From Vicinamibacteria bacterium (GTDB taxonomy: Bacteria; Acidobacteriota; Vicinamibacteria; Marinacidobacterales; Marinacidobacteraceae): DNA of 64,000 nt. The stretch covers positions 224,001-288,000 of the forward strand of contig OZ241322.1 in the NCBI GenBank assembly GCA_965199715.1, given 5' to 3'. Under the pieces are notes generated by a model. The model worked only from the letters and a program-made list of their open reading frames with translations. It did not search any database and was not told the origin of the DNA. Within the stretch, counting starts at the first letter, position 1. Each line of letters starts with the position of its first letter. Position numbers and translations under genes: made by a program. Shown piece after piece: positions 1-9,935 of this stretch.

Positions 1-309
1 CGCCCGACGCAGCCGCTCCTCTGACACGCCGGGTCCGGCGCCCGTGAACGCGAGCGTGACGCGCACGAAGCGGCGCGGATGGTCGTCCGCCCGCTCGCCG
101 GAGACCGTCCCCGTGAGCTTCGTCGGCTCGGCGCGCATCTTCTTCAGGATGTGGATCACGTCGATCGCCATGCATCCGGCGAGCGCGGCGAGGAGCGTCT
201 CCATCGGCGACGCGCCCTTGCCGTTGTCCGAGTCGAGCGCCAGGCGCTCGCCGGTGGGGGTCGTTGCGGGATAGCCGGTCGCGCCGTCCCATTCGAGTTC
301 GATCCGCAC
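1..309 (-). CDS. OsmC/YhfA family protein (3' end outside window)
   Basis: Not in ORF track. Manual translation from GTG 309 (GGAGG upstream): MRIELEWDG...GASPMETLLAALAGCMAIDVIHILKKMR...GERADDHPRRF, the OsmC-family SPxExLLxALAGC motif. Confidence 0.85.
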   Translation of the reverse strand, partial: MRIELEWDGATGYPATTPTGERLALDSDNGKGASPMETLLAALAGCMAIDVIHILKKMRAEPTKLTGTVSGERADDHPRRFVRVTLAFTGAGPGVSEERLRRA

Positions 310-323
310 GTCGTTCCTCCGGT

Positions 324-1574
324 TCAGCGCTCGCGGCGAAGCGCGATCGAGACGTTGGTTCCGCCGAAGCCGAACGAGTTGGACAGCGCCCACTTCGCGT
401 CCGTGCTCGTCGGGGCGACGACCGGCGGGTAGTCCTCGAGCGCCGGGTCGAGCGGCTCGGCGTTCACGCTCGGGGCCAGCCAGCCCTCGTCCAGCATCAT
501 CGCGGTGAATGCCGCCTCGAGCGCTCCGGCGGCCCCGACGGTGTGCGCGGTGTACCCCTTGGTCGAGCTGTAGGGCACCGTCGGCGAAGGGAACAACCGC
601 CGGATCGCCCGCACTTCGGACACGTCGCCGAGCGGAGTCGAAGTGCCGTGGGTGTTCACGTACCCGATCGCTTCCGCCGGCAGGCTCGCGTGGCCGAGCG
701 CCCGGCGCATCGCGAGCTCCGCGCCGCGGTCGTCGGGGGCCACCATCCGTCCCGAGCCGTCGGAGGACATTCCATAGCCGTGGATCGCGCCGAGGACGCG
801 GGCTCCCCGGCGCTCGGCGGACTCGCGCGACTCGAGCGTCACGAGGCCCGCGCCTTCGCCGAAGATGAACCCCGCCCGGTCCGCCGCGTAGGGCCGCGAA
901 GCCTTCTCGGGGCGGTGGTTGTCCGAGCGCGTGTAGGCCCGCATCGAGTCGAAGCCGAGATGGAAGTGGACGTCCGCCGACTCCACGCCGCCGGCGAGCG
1001 CGCGGTCGATGAGGCCCTCGCGGATCCACGAGGCCGCGATCACGAGGTTGTACGCGCCGCCCGCGCAGGCGGCGGTCGCCGACACCGACGGGCCGTTCGT
1101 GCGGAACAGCGTCGCGAGGTTCGCCGAGACGGTGGACCCCATGATGAGCGGCACCGTCGCCGGCGAGACGCGCACCCGGCCCGGCCCCCGGCTCTTCGCC
1201 GCGACTTCCCGGTGGGTCTCGGTCTCGCCGCCCTTGCCGCTTCCGACGACGACCGCCATGTCTTCCGTGGGCATCCCGGACTGCTCCAGCGCGAGCCGCG
1301 CCGCCCGCACCGCAAGGCGCGACAGGCGGCCCATGAAGCGCGCCTCCGACCGCCCGATCCCGAGGTCGGCGGGGTCGATCGATCCGGCGTAGTGGCCGAA
1401 GAGCTCGTTGCCGGTCTGCGCCTGGATGCCCGGCTCGAAGGGCGAGCATGCGACCGGACGGCCCGGCTTGAGGAAGGCCCGGTGCTCGTCGGCGCCAGTG
1501 CCCACCTGCGACAGCATCCCGATTCCGGTGATCACCGCGTCCCTGGGACGCGGCGCCGGAAGGTCGGTTGGCAT
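324..1574 (-). CDS. beta-ketoacyl-ACP synthase (FabB/FabF family)
   Basis: Cys-His-His catalytic motifs SATAAC, NTHGTST, TKGYTAH; C-terminal SNSFGFGGTN. Confidence 0.93.
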   Translation of the reverse strand: MPTDLPAPRPRDAVITGIGMLSQVGTGADEHRAFLKPGRPVACSPFEPGIQAQTGNELFGHYAGSIDPADLGIGRSEARFMGRLSRLAVRAARLALEQSGMPTEDMAVVVGSGKGGETETHREVAAKSRGPGRVRVSPATVPLIMGSTVSANLATLFRTNGPSVSATAACAGGAYNLVIAASWIREGLIDRALAGGVESADVHFHLGFDSMRAYTRSDNHRPEKASRPYAADRAGFIFGEGAGLVTLESRESAERRGARVLGAIHGYGMSSDGSGRMVAPDDRGAELAMRRALGHASLPAEAIGYVNTHGTSTPLGDVSEVRAIRRLFPSPTVPYSSTKGYTAHTVGAAGALEAAFTAMMLDEGWLAPSVNAEPLDPALEDYPPVVAPTSTDAKWALSNSFGFGGTNVSIALRRER

Positions 1575-1609
1575 GAATTTGGCTACGATACTTCACGTTG
1601 ACGCACACC

Positions 1610-2581
1610 ATGCCGCGATGCTTCCTGTCGCTCGCGCTGCTCGCGATTCCGGTCGCGGCGGCGGCGCAGCCGCGGCTCGAGCCGGATCGCTACCGGACGC
1701 TCGTCGAGGAGACGAGCGGCGGGCTCTTCATCACCGCCGGACGCGAGCTCGCGTCGTACCGCGCGGATTCGGTGGAAGCGGTCGTCGGCGAGTTCATCGC
1801 CTCGAATCCCGGCGCGCTGCGGCTCAAGGCGGCGGCGTTCCTCCACAGCGAGGCCGCCCTCAGCGCCGGGTCGGTCGGGCATCTCGACTTCGCGCGAGCG
1901 CTTCTTTCGGCGCTTCCCGAACCGGATCGGGAGGAGTGGCTGCGGCGCTGGCGCCTCGCCGTCGGCTACTCGTACCACCTCGCGCTCAACTCGGCGGCGG
2001 CCATCGCCCACTTCGAGAAGGCCGTGGAAGCCGCGCCCGACGACCCCGAGATGCGGTTCGCGCTGGCGCGGGTCGCCCAGATGGCGGGCCGCCAGCGAGA
2101 GGAGCAGCCCGTTTCGCGGCGCGCGGTCGAGCTCCTCACCCAGCTCGCCCGCGAGGATCCGGACACGGTCGAATACGCGGTGCGGCTGGCGGGGGCGCTC
2201 TTCGACACCGGCCAGCGCGAGGCGGCCACGACCCTGCTGGACCGGCTGGAGGGGATGCGGATGCCTCCGTACCCGCGCCTCGCGTACCTCCTGATCCGCG
2301 GCGAGGTCGCGCTCGACGCGGGCGACTACGCAGCCGCGGAAACCGCGTTCGCCGAGGCGGCGGCGCGGGCGCGGCGGTCGCCGGGCGCGATCTCGGGTCT
2401 GGTCGCCGCCCGGCTCGCGCAGGGGAAGAACGCCGAGGCGTTCGAGGCGGCTTCGGGCCTCCTCTCGCGTCCGCCGGCCGGCTGGGAGCCCGAGTGGCAG
2501 TTCTGGCTCGGCCCCGCCATCGACATCCAGGAGCTGTTCGGCGCGATGCGCACCGAGATCATGGAAGGGTTCGCGCAGTGA
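1610..2581 (+). CDS. secreted tetratricopeptide-repeat protein
   Basis: Signal peptide (LSLALLAIPVAAAAQ); TPR-like repeats (AIAHFEKAVEAAPDDPEMRFALA). Start ATG 1610 or TTG 1598. Confidence 0.75.
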   Translation: MPRCFLSLALLAIPVAAAAQPRLEPDRYRTLVEETSGGLFITAGRELASYRADSVEAVVGEFIASNPGALRLKAAAFLHSEAALSAGSVGHLDFARALLSALPEPDREEWLRRWRLAVGYSYHLALNSAAAIAHFEKAVEAAPDDPEMRFALARVAQMAGRQREEQPVSRRAVELLTQLAREDPDTVEYAVRLAGALFDTGQREAATTLLDRLEGMRMPPYPRLAYLLIRGEVALDAGDYAAAETAFAEAAARARRSPGAISGLVAARLAQGKNAEAFEAASGLLSRPPAGWEPEWQFWLGPAIDIQELFGAMRTEIMEGFAQ

Positions 2582-3513
2582 TCCGGCTGCTCCTGCTCGC
2601 CCTCGTCGCGGTTCCGGCGGCCGCCCAGCCGGTGCGGGTCGAGGCGCTGCTGCACGAGGAGGGCGAGTTCTCCCGGTTCGCGAACCCCGCTGCGGTGGAA
2701 GTCCTCGTCGATGACGCCGCGCACTCGTTCGAAGTCGAGGAGCCCGGCCCGCTCGCGGTCGCGGCGGTGGTCGACCTGAGCGCGAGCGTGCGCGGCCCGA
2801 TGCTCGAGGCCGTCCAATCCGGCCTCGGGTCCTTCTTCTCCGGCCTCGGCGACGCGGATCGCTGCGCGGTGGTCTCGTTCCGCCGCTCGGTGGAGCTCCA
2901 CGCCGGCTGGGAGGACTCGTGCGCCCACGCCGCGGCCGCGGTCGCGGAACTCAAGAGCGGCGGCCCGTCCGCGCTGAACAACGCGATCATGCTCGCGATG
3001 GGCCTGCTCGCCGAGGCGCCCGGCCGTCCGGTGCTCGCGATCTTCACCGACGGGGTGGACGGAGCGAGCTGGAGCCGCGACCTCTGGCCGATGGTCGCGA
3101 TCGCGGGCGCGAGCCCCATGGTGCTGTCCGTCACCGCTCCGGCGATTCTCGCCCGGGGAGGCCGGGTCGGCGGGCTGTACGGCGCCGTGAGCGCCGAGGA
3201 CTTCGCGCAGCAGATCGAGTTCGAGGGCCGCAACCTCCGAAGCGGCAGCGTGGACCTGAAGGGGCTGCGCAACGTGGATCCGTACTGGGTGCTCGAGGAG
3301 CTGGCGCGCCGCAGCGGGGGCGTCCTCGTCCGCACCTCGGGCGAGCCGTCCGACATCCGGGACGCGCTCGCCGGCCTCTCCGGCGAGATCGGGATGCGGA
3401 CGCCGCTCGTCCTCACCCCCGATCCGGCGCTCGGGGCGGGATTCCACGAGATCGCGGTCCGCAGCCCGGAAGGAGAAGTCCGGCACCGGACCGGGTTCGT
3501 CCGCCCGCCGTAG
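2578..3513 (+). CDS. secreted VWA-domain protein (acidobacterial VWFA-like)
   Basis: 3' part of ORF 1408..3513; GTGA overlap with upstream stop; signal peptide; MIDAS-like DLSASV, FTDGVD, LARRSGG. Confidence 0.8.
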   Translation: MIRLLLLALVAVPAAAQPVRVEALLHEEGEFSRFANPAAVEVLVDDAAHSFEVEEPGPLAVAAVVDLSASVRGPMLEAVQSGLGSFFSGLGDADRCAVVSFRRSVELHAGWEDSCAHAAAAVAELKSGGPSALNNAIMLAMGLLAEAPGRPVLAIFTDGVDGASWSRDLWPMVAIAGASPMVLSVTAPAILARGGRVGGLYGAVSAEDFAQQIEFEGRNLRSGSVDLKGLRNVDPYWVLEELARRSGGVLVRTSGEPSDIRDALAGLSGEIGMRTPLVLTPDPALGAGFHEIAVRSPEGEVRHRTGFVRPP

Positions 3514-3516
3514 CCG

Positions 3517-4578
3517 GTGGCCGCTCGTTCGGGACGCGGCGCCGTCTCGAATCCCGCCGGGCGCTTCGAGCGATACCGGGAGGAGGCCTTCGACGACGGC
3601 TGGGGCGAGCCCGAGGCCGATCCGCCGCCGGAGACCGAGCTCATCCCCGATCGCTCGAAGACCGTCATCGCCCGCAACGACTCCCCGGATGTCCCGTTCG
3701 ACCGCTCGGTGAACCCCTACCGGGGCTGCGAGCACGGCTGCATCTACTGCTTCGCCCGACCCACCCACGCCTACCTCGGCTACTCGCCGGGGCTCGACTT
3801 CGAGACGCGGATCGTGTTCAAGCCCGAGGCGGCGCGCCTCCTGCGCGAGGAGATCGGCAAGCGGAGCTACGACCCGGCGCCGCTCGCGCTCGGCTCCAAC
3901 ACCGACCCGTACCAGCCGGCGGAGGCCGAGCTGCGGATCACCCGGGCGATCCTCGAAGTCCTGCGCGACGCGCGGCACCCGGTCGCGATCGTGACCAAAT
4001 CGGCGATGATCCTGCGCGATCTCGACGTTCTCGCGCCGATGGCGGAGGAGGGACTGGCCAGCGCGATGGTCTCCATCACGACGCTCGACGGCGGCCTCGC
4101 CCGCTCGATGGAGCCCCGCGCCGCCGCTCCCGCCCGAAGGCTCGCCGCGGTCCGGGCGCTCGCCGCCGAGGGGGTCCCGGTCGGCGTCCTCGCCTCGCCC
4201 ATGATCCCCGGACTCAACGACCCGGAACTCGAAACGATCCTCGAGGCGGCGCGGGACGCCGGCGCCCGGTTCGCCGGCACGATCCTGCTGCGGCTGCCGC
4301 ACGAGCTGAAGGATCTGTTCACCGAGTGGATCGAGAAGCGCTATCCGACCAAGGCGCCGCGCGTGCTCGCCCTGATCCGGCAGACGCGGGGCGGGGAGCT
4401 CAACTCCGCCGACTTCGGGGAGCGGATGCGCGGGACCGGACCGTGGGCGGAGCTCCTCGGCAAGCGCTTCCGCGTCGCGAAGGCGCGCCTCGGGTTCGGG
4501 GAGCCGCCGCCGTTTCGGACCGATCTCTTCCAGCGCCCCGGCGCGCCGCGTCCGCTCTTCCCCGGGAGGCCCTCATGA
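3517..4578 (+). CDS. radical SAM protein, PA0069/Rv2578c (SplB-like) family
   Basis: NPYRGCEHGCIYC CxxxCxxC motif, NTDPYQP, PMIPGLND. Confidence 0.93.
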   Translation: MAARSGRGAVSNPAGRFERYREEAFDDGWGEPEADPPPETELIPDRSKTVIARNDSPDVPFDRSVNPYRGCEHGCIYCFARPTHAYLGYSPGLDFETRIVFKPEAARLLREEIGKRSYDPAPLALGSNTDPYQPAEAELRITRAILEVLRDARHPVAIVTKSAMILRDLDVLAPMAEEGLASAMVSITTLDGGLARSMEPRAAAPARRLAAVRALAAEGVPVGVLASPMIPGLNDPELETILEAARDAGARFAGTILLRLPHELKDLFTEWIEKRYPTKAPRVLALIRQTRGGELNSADFGERMRGTGPWAELLGKRFRVAKARLGFGEPPPFRTDLFQRPGAPRPLFPGRPS

Positions 4579-5711
4579 CCCGCATCCTTCTCGTCCTGCT
4601 TCTGGCTGCGCCGGCGAGCGCTCAGCGCGCCCGCGACCTCGGCGTTCCCTTCGAGGGGACGCCGGGGCCGCTGAACGCGATCACCGACCTCGCCGGGGTG
4701 GAGGTCGGCCACGAGACGATCATCGAGGGCGAGGGCGCGCTGGTCGCGGGGCAGGGGCCGGTGCGCACCGGGGTGACCGCGGTGCTGCCCCGGGGGCGGG
4801 CCAGCCGCAGCCGGGTCTTCGCCGCGTGGTTCACCCTGAACGGCAACGGCGAGATGACGGGGACCACGTGGCTGCGCGACCGGGGGATTCTGGAGGGGGC
4901 CGTGATGATCACGAACACCCACAGCGTGGGCGCGGTCCACGAGGCCACGATCGCGTGGTCGCAGCGGAACCTCGACGCGCCCGACTGGAGCCTGCCGCTG
5001 GTGGCCGAGACGTGGGACGGGTTCCTGAACGACATCAACGGCTTCCACGTCCGGGAGGAACACGTCTTCGCCGCGCTCGACTCCGCCGCCGGCGGGCCGG
5101 TGGCCGAGGGATCGGTCGGCGGCGGAGCCGGGATGAACACTTTCGGGTTCAAGGCCGGGATCGGAACGTCGTCGCGGGTCGTGAACGCGGCGGGCCGGGA
5201 CTGGACGGTGGGCGTGCTGGTCCAGTCCAACTTCGGGCGGCGCCATCAACTACGGATCGCCGGGGTCCCGGTGGGACGGGAGATCACGGACCTCATGCCC
5301 GAGCGCGGCGGTCCGGCTCCGCGGGGCGGCCGCGACGGCTCGATCATCATCGTCGCGGCCACCGACGCGCCGCTCCTGCCGCACCAGTTGGACCGGTTCG
5401 TCCGGCGGACGACGCTCGCGCTCGGGCGGCTCGGCAGCATCTCGATGAACGGCTCGGGCGACATCTTCGTCGCGTTCTCGACCGCGAACGAGGCGGCGGC
5501 GCACAGCGAGGAGGGCGTGGCGGCGCTGGAGGTCCTCGCCAACTCCGAGATCAACCCCTTCTTCGAGGGCGTGGTCCAGGCGACCGAGGAGGCGATCGTG
5601 AACGCGCTCGTGGCCGGGCGGGACATGACCGGCGCGAACGGCAACCGGATGTACGGGCTGCCGCACGACCGCCTGCGCGAGATCCTCCGCCGATACAACC
5701 GGCTGGAGTGA
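4575..5711 (+). CDS. DmpA-like P1/S58 aminopeptidase, secreted
   Basis: 3' part of ORF 2919..5711; ATGA overlap; GPLNAITD, LNGNGEMTG, ETWDGFLND, autoprocessing DGSII motif. Confidence 0.9.
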   Translation: MTRILLVLLLAAPASAQRARDLGVPFEGTPGPLNAITDLAGVEVGHETIIEGEGALVAGQGPVRTGVTAVLPRGRASRSRVFAAWFTLNGNGEMTGTTWLRDRGILEGAVMITNTHSVGAVHEATIAWSQRNLDAPDWSLPLVAETWDGFLNDINGFHVREEHVFAALDSAAGGPVAEGSVGGGAGMNTFGFKAGIGTSSRVVNAAGRDWTVGVLVQSNFGRRHQLRIAGVPVGREITDLMPERGGPAPRGGRDGSIIIVAATDAPLLPHQLDRFVRRTTLALGRLGSISMNGSGDIFVAFSTANEAAAHSEEGVAALEVLANSEINPFFEGVVQATEEAIVNALVAGRDMTGANGNRMYGLPHDRLREILRRYNRLE

Positions 5712-5730
5712 CCTGCGAGCCGAGCTCTCG

Positions 5731-6826
5731 TCAGCTCGAGCCGATTCCCTCGAGAAGGCGGGACCACTCCTTAGGGTCTTCCGGCGGGGCGACGCGCTCG
5801 TCCAACTCGCGTCCTATCGCAGTGAGGAAGTCGCGCCGGCTTCGCCCCTCGAGGAGCATGAACAGGGCGCGCGCGAATGGCCCGATCTCCGTCACGTAGA
5901 CCTCCAGGCCGAAGGCGAACTCGCGCGCCGCGAGTTCCTGAACCGGAGTTTCGTCAGCCTTGAGGACGCCGGGCGCGAAGAACACGAGCCGGGGCGCTTC
6001 CGATGCCCGCGCCTTGGCGACCGAGGCCTGGGCTTCGACCAGACGGACGGGCCCCGATTTCGCCTCCGCCACGAGGCGAAGTTCCTCTGCGTCTCCCTTT
6101 GCCTGAAAGCACATGATGTCCCCGGGCGCACCCGTGGCGCGGTCGGACTCGTTCACGCCCTGGGCCTCGACGCGCGAGTACGCGCCGAGAGCCTCGCCGA
6201 CGACGCGCATCAGCGCCGTGCCCACGACTTGCGGGCGCAGGCCGCCACTGGCCGTCTTCATGAAACGGTCGAGGAGGTCGCACAAGTGATCCACGCTGAC
6301 GCGGTTCGGGACCGGATAGTGGAATCGGCTTCGCTTGAGCCGAACCACGACCTGACCCAGGACGCCGATGAACGCCTCGCGAACGGCGTCGGGATCGCCG
6401 GAACGCTCCAGCTCTCCGAGATGCTCGACAAGGGACTCCCAGGTCGGCCGATCGCCCTTCTTGACATCGGCCAAGTCCTCGTCCAACCGAGGACGCCGCA
6501 GCGGTTTGCTGACGTAAGGGTCGTCGCCGCCGCCGAGCACGGATTCGTTGTCTCGATTCCACGGCACGACCACGCTCGTGCAGAACGAGCGCGGGTTCCA
6601 GCGGGCTTCAACGGCCGTCGCCGTGTCCTTGGTTTTCTGGAGGCGCGGGAGATGGCGGGAGGGCTCCGCGATCTTCCCGAGCAAACCGCGTGACGATCGC
6701 GAACCGAACGCTCGTGCGCTTCGAGTTGACGAAGTCCGCGACCGGACTCTCATCGGGGTCGGCGTCGGCTTCCAGCGCCTCTGCCCAACGCTCCCGCAGC
6801 CACTCCCCGATCCGTTTGTCGTCCAT
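5731..6826 (-). pseudogene. SacI-family restriction endonuclease, frameshifted near 6686
   Basis: ATG 6826 (MDDKRIGEWLRERW...SVRFAIVT) shifts frame to LLGKIAEP...WNPRSFCTSVVVPW...DPYVSKPLRRPRL...GDI...EAK; resembles SacI-family REases with a PD-(D/E)xK-like core. Confidence 0.7.
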
Positions 6827-7661
6827 CGCGCGAAGTTCAGCCACAGCGACTCCTGCCGCGCGGTGCGGACGGAGTGGCAGGTCTTCGCCTCGGCGTCGAC
6901 TCGGCGCCATTTCGCGTAGAGCTCGTCATAGAGCGCAGTCCGGTATCCGGACAGGACCGCCCGCCCGCGTATCGAGCGCCGCGCGGAGGCGAGCCGCTCG
7001 CGGTCTTGGTCGCTCATCTCGAAGGCGTACGCCGATCGATCGCCACGCGAGGAATGCACGTACGGCGGGTCCAGATAGAAGACGGTGGATTCGGTGTCGT
7101 AGCGCTGGATCACTTCTTCGGCGGGAGCGTTCTCGATCTGCACGCGCATCAGGCGCTGGGCGATCTCCGGAAGGCCTTTGACGGATCCCAACCAGCGGGA
7201 GACCGCGCCCGCCATTCCGGCGCGCGACGTCAGCACCCAGTGCGCCCCTCGCTGCTCGTCTGCGCAAGGCCCGTCCGGATCTGGCGGGCGCGGACGAAGA
7301 ACCGGCGCGCTCGCTCACGTCGGTCAGGTCCGTTCTCCGGATCGCACGCCCGGGCGAGGTCAGCGCGCGGGAACGGCGTCAGCCCGATCGCCCGGATCAG
7401 CGCCTCGCCGTCGTCGCGCAACACCTCGAAGAAGTTCGCGAGTTCCGAGTCGAGATCGTTGTACGTCTCGACGGGGGAAGGCGGGCGATTCAGGAGCACC
7501 GCGGCCGACCCGCCGAACACGTCGCAGAAGTGCCCGGCGTCGCTCGGAATGTGCGGAAGGAGGAAGTCGAGGTGGCTGAACTTGCCGCCATACCAGCCGA
7601 CGGCGATTTTCCGGCGGCGGCGCGCCGCGATTCGACGACCGGCGCCCGTGGCGTTGGCCAT
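6826..7661 (-). pseudogene. Dam/D12-class DNA adenine methyltransferase, frameshifted near 7240, stop apparently lost
   Basis: WYGGK, DVFGGSAAV, YNDLD in ORF 7230..8081; DPPY and LSGY in ORF 5731..7236. Confidence 0.85.
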
Positions 7662-7818
7662 GGGAAAGAGCGGCGGAGCCGCGCTCGGCGACGGCTCGGG
7701 CCCCCTTCGTCGAGGGCGGCGTGGCGGGTGCGCACTAACGGGCATGGACTGGTTCCGCCCAAGCATGACCGGAAACTCCGCCGGGGATCGATCCGTCAGG
7801 ATGAGGAAGTCGTCGAGG

Positions 7819-8022
7819 TCAGGGGTTCCCGCCAGACTTGTTGTCGCTCGGGTCCACGAGATCGTAGGCGTCGCCGCGTTCGGTGGTCGGCGGACGAGGG
7901 ACTCCCTTCTTGACCGTAACTTGCCGACCGCGGACATCACCACCGCGTGGGCCGCGCTCTTCGTATTGGCCGGAGTACGGGGCCTTGTTGCCCGGATGCA
8001 TTCGTTTCGGCACGTCGGACAC
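7819..8022 (-). CDS. YjzC-like small protein
   Basis: HPGNKAPYSGQYEERGPRGG...VTVKKGVPRPPT matches the YjzC pattern PGxKAPxSGQY-x-GPRGG. Start GTG 8022 or ATG 8001. Confidence 0.75.
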   Translation of the reverse strand: MSDVPKRMHPGNKAPYSGQYEERGPRGGDVRGRQVTVKKGVPRPPTTERGDAYDLVDPSDNKSGGNP

Positions 8023-8035
8023 CCCCTTGTGAGTG

Positions 8036-8116
8036 GTCGCAACTTCCTCAAGGGAACTGGAGACCCGGTATCGGATCCCATCCCCTGCTCAACCCGTCAG
8101 GGCAACACATTGCGAC
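8036..8116 (-). ncRNA. candidate multi-stem structured RNA leader upstream of the YjzC-like gene
   Basis: Closing stem GUCGCAA/UUGCGAC enclosing three hairpins; G-U pairs form mostly on the minus strand. Confidence 0.3.
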
Positions 8117-8259
8117 TCTGCTCGCAGAAGCGACGAGACCCCCGACGCTCACCCGGTCCAGGCACATCGGAACGCACGGCGACCCATTCTCGAACGCGCG
8201 CGGGCCGGAGCGACGGCGGCGATCGCGTTACCGCCTTCGCTTTCCCTGGCTGGAGTGAC

Positions 8260-9798
8260 CTAGCGCCGGTGGTCGGGGGTTCCGAAGGGGAAGAGCTGGT
8301 CGAGGTCGGCGTGCTCGTAGGGGAGCGCGTCGAGGAAGGTCGTGCCCACGAAGGGCTCCGGGGCCTCGACCACTACGATCGTCTTCGCGTAGCCGGTCTC
8401 GTCGAACCCGCGGCGGAAGTGGACGCGCGAGTTCACGACGAACACGTCGAACTCGTCCGGATCGATGGGGCCGATGCGGAAGCGCTCGGGGTAGAGCACC
8501 TGCGAGTAGGCCGGCGTGATGAAGACCACGTTCCCGTCGCCGAACGACACCGCCGCGATCCGGTCGTAGCCGAGCCCCTCGTCGAAGTACTCGAGCGTGC
8601 CGACGATCCGTCGGGGCGAGCCGCCCGATGGGGTGAACCCGCCGATCTCGTGGTCGAACGGATCCCCCGGCTGGACGTCGGTGGCCGCGAGCGTCTCGAG
8701 CGTGTGCGGCGAGCTGACCGCGCCGTAGAGCGTCTTCCCGATCCCCCGGGCGAGGAAGGCGTTCAGGATGTGCGTTGCGTCGCCCGGGCGGTCGCTGTGG
8801 TCTCCGACGGCGACCGGGGTCTCGCCGGCCGCGACCGCGTCGGCGACGATCCGCGCGGCCTCGTCGGGCATCGGGTACGAGCCCCGGGCGAACTCCTCCC
8901 GGACCCGCCAGATGAAGTCGTCCATGTCGTCGGCGATGCGGTCGGCGAGCTCCTGGTCGCCGTTCGTCATCACGTGGACGGTCGCCCCCACGTCGGGCAC
9001 GTCGGACCACGGATAGCCGTAGAAGACGCTCACGTAGGCGTCGTGCTCGCGGCTCTCCCAGCGCCGGGCGCGCTCCATGATGTCCATGGACGGGGACTGG
9101 CCAGTCCACTGGAGCACCGTGGCGGTGATGACGCCCGGCTTGCGCGTCGCGGTGGTCGAGTCGTACTCGCCCCGGGCGGCGAGGCGCAGGGCGCGGGCGG
9201 CGCGCTCGCCCTGGATGTACGCGTCGTAGTGGGGGTAGCGCTTGGTCACGAACGCGAAGTTCGCGTGCTCGAGGAACTCGCCGTCCTCGTTCCCGTGGAG
9301 GTCGAAGGTGCCGGCGATGGGCACGTCCGGGCCGACCGCCTCGCGGAAGCGGCGGGCCAGTTCGGCCTCGGGCCGGGGGATGTCGCGCACCGCCATCGCG
9401 CCGTGGAGCGCGAGGTACACCGCGTCCACCGGGAGCTCGGCGGCGAGCTCGGCGATCATCGCGTCGGCGAAGTGGTCGAAGGTCTCCTTGGTGTTCCAGC
9501 TTCGCGACGAGCCGCCGAAGACCCCGAGCGGGGAGGTGAGCGGCACGAGCTGGACGTCGCCGAACTCGCGGGCCCGCTTCACGAATCCCTCGACGTAGTT
9601 CCCCGACGCGAGGAGCTCCTCGCCGGTGACCGGCTCGCTGCGCTGGAGCCAGTCCTCGACCTCGGTGTCGCCGCCGGGACAGAAGGTGCAGGTCTCGTGC
9701 TGGAAGGCCGCGACTGCGATCCGCAGGGGCGGCTCCTCGGGCGGCGGCGCGCCGCACGCGGCGAGGCTGAGCAGGAGGAGGGAGAGGACGAGGCGCAT
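8260..9798 (-). CDS. M81 (MlrC-like) metallopeptidase, lipoprotein
   Basis: ATG 9798, lipobox LAAC; HETCTF, LALHGAM, FDLHGN, YPHYD, DHSDRPG motifs. Confidence 0.88.
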   Translation of the reverse strand: MRLVLSLLLLSLAACGAPPPEEPPLRIAVAAFQHETCTFCPGGDTEVEDWLQRSEPVTGEELLASGNYVEGFVKRAREFGDVQLVPLTSPLGVFGGSSRSWNTKETFDHFADAMIAELAAELPVDAVYLALHGAMAVRDIPRPEAELARRFREAVGPDVPIAGTFDLHGNEDGEFLEHANFAFVTKRYPHYDAYIQGERAARALRLAARGEYDSTTATRKPGVITATVLQWTGQSPSMDIMERARRWESREHDAYVSVFYGYPWSDVPDVGATVHVMTNGDQELADRIADDMDDFIWRVREEFARGSYPMPDEAARIVADAVAAGETPVAVGDHSDRPGDATHILNAFLARGIGKTLYGAVSSPHTLETLAATDVQPGDPFDHEIGGFTPSGGSPRRIVGTLEYFDEGLGYDRIAAVSFGDGNVVFITPAYSQVLYPERFRIGPIDPDEFDVFVVNSRVHFRRGFDETGYAKTIVVVEAPEPFVGTTFLDALPYEHADLDQLFPFGTPDHRR

Positions 9799-9935
9799 CC
9801 GCCCATGGTACCAACCTGTGGCGAGCGCGTCGACGCAGCCGTCACCCGTCGTGATTTCGCTTGCGGTTCTAGACGATTCCGGCACGCTACACTCCAAACC
9901 GGAACCGGGGGCTGGACGCCCTCAAGGGAGTGCGC

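Noticed and set aside
324-1574. Ketosynthase as a polyketide cluster marker
   Set aside because: No ACP, chain-length factor or tailoring genes adjacent in the window; fits a standalone FabB/FabF.
8036-8116. Cloverleaf-like fold as a tRNA gene
   Set aside because: No GGTTC T-loop, D-loop consensus or 7-nt anticodon loop; kept only as a candidate leader RNA.
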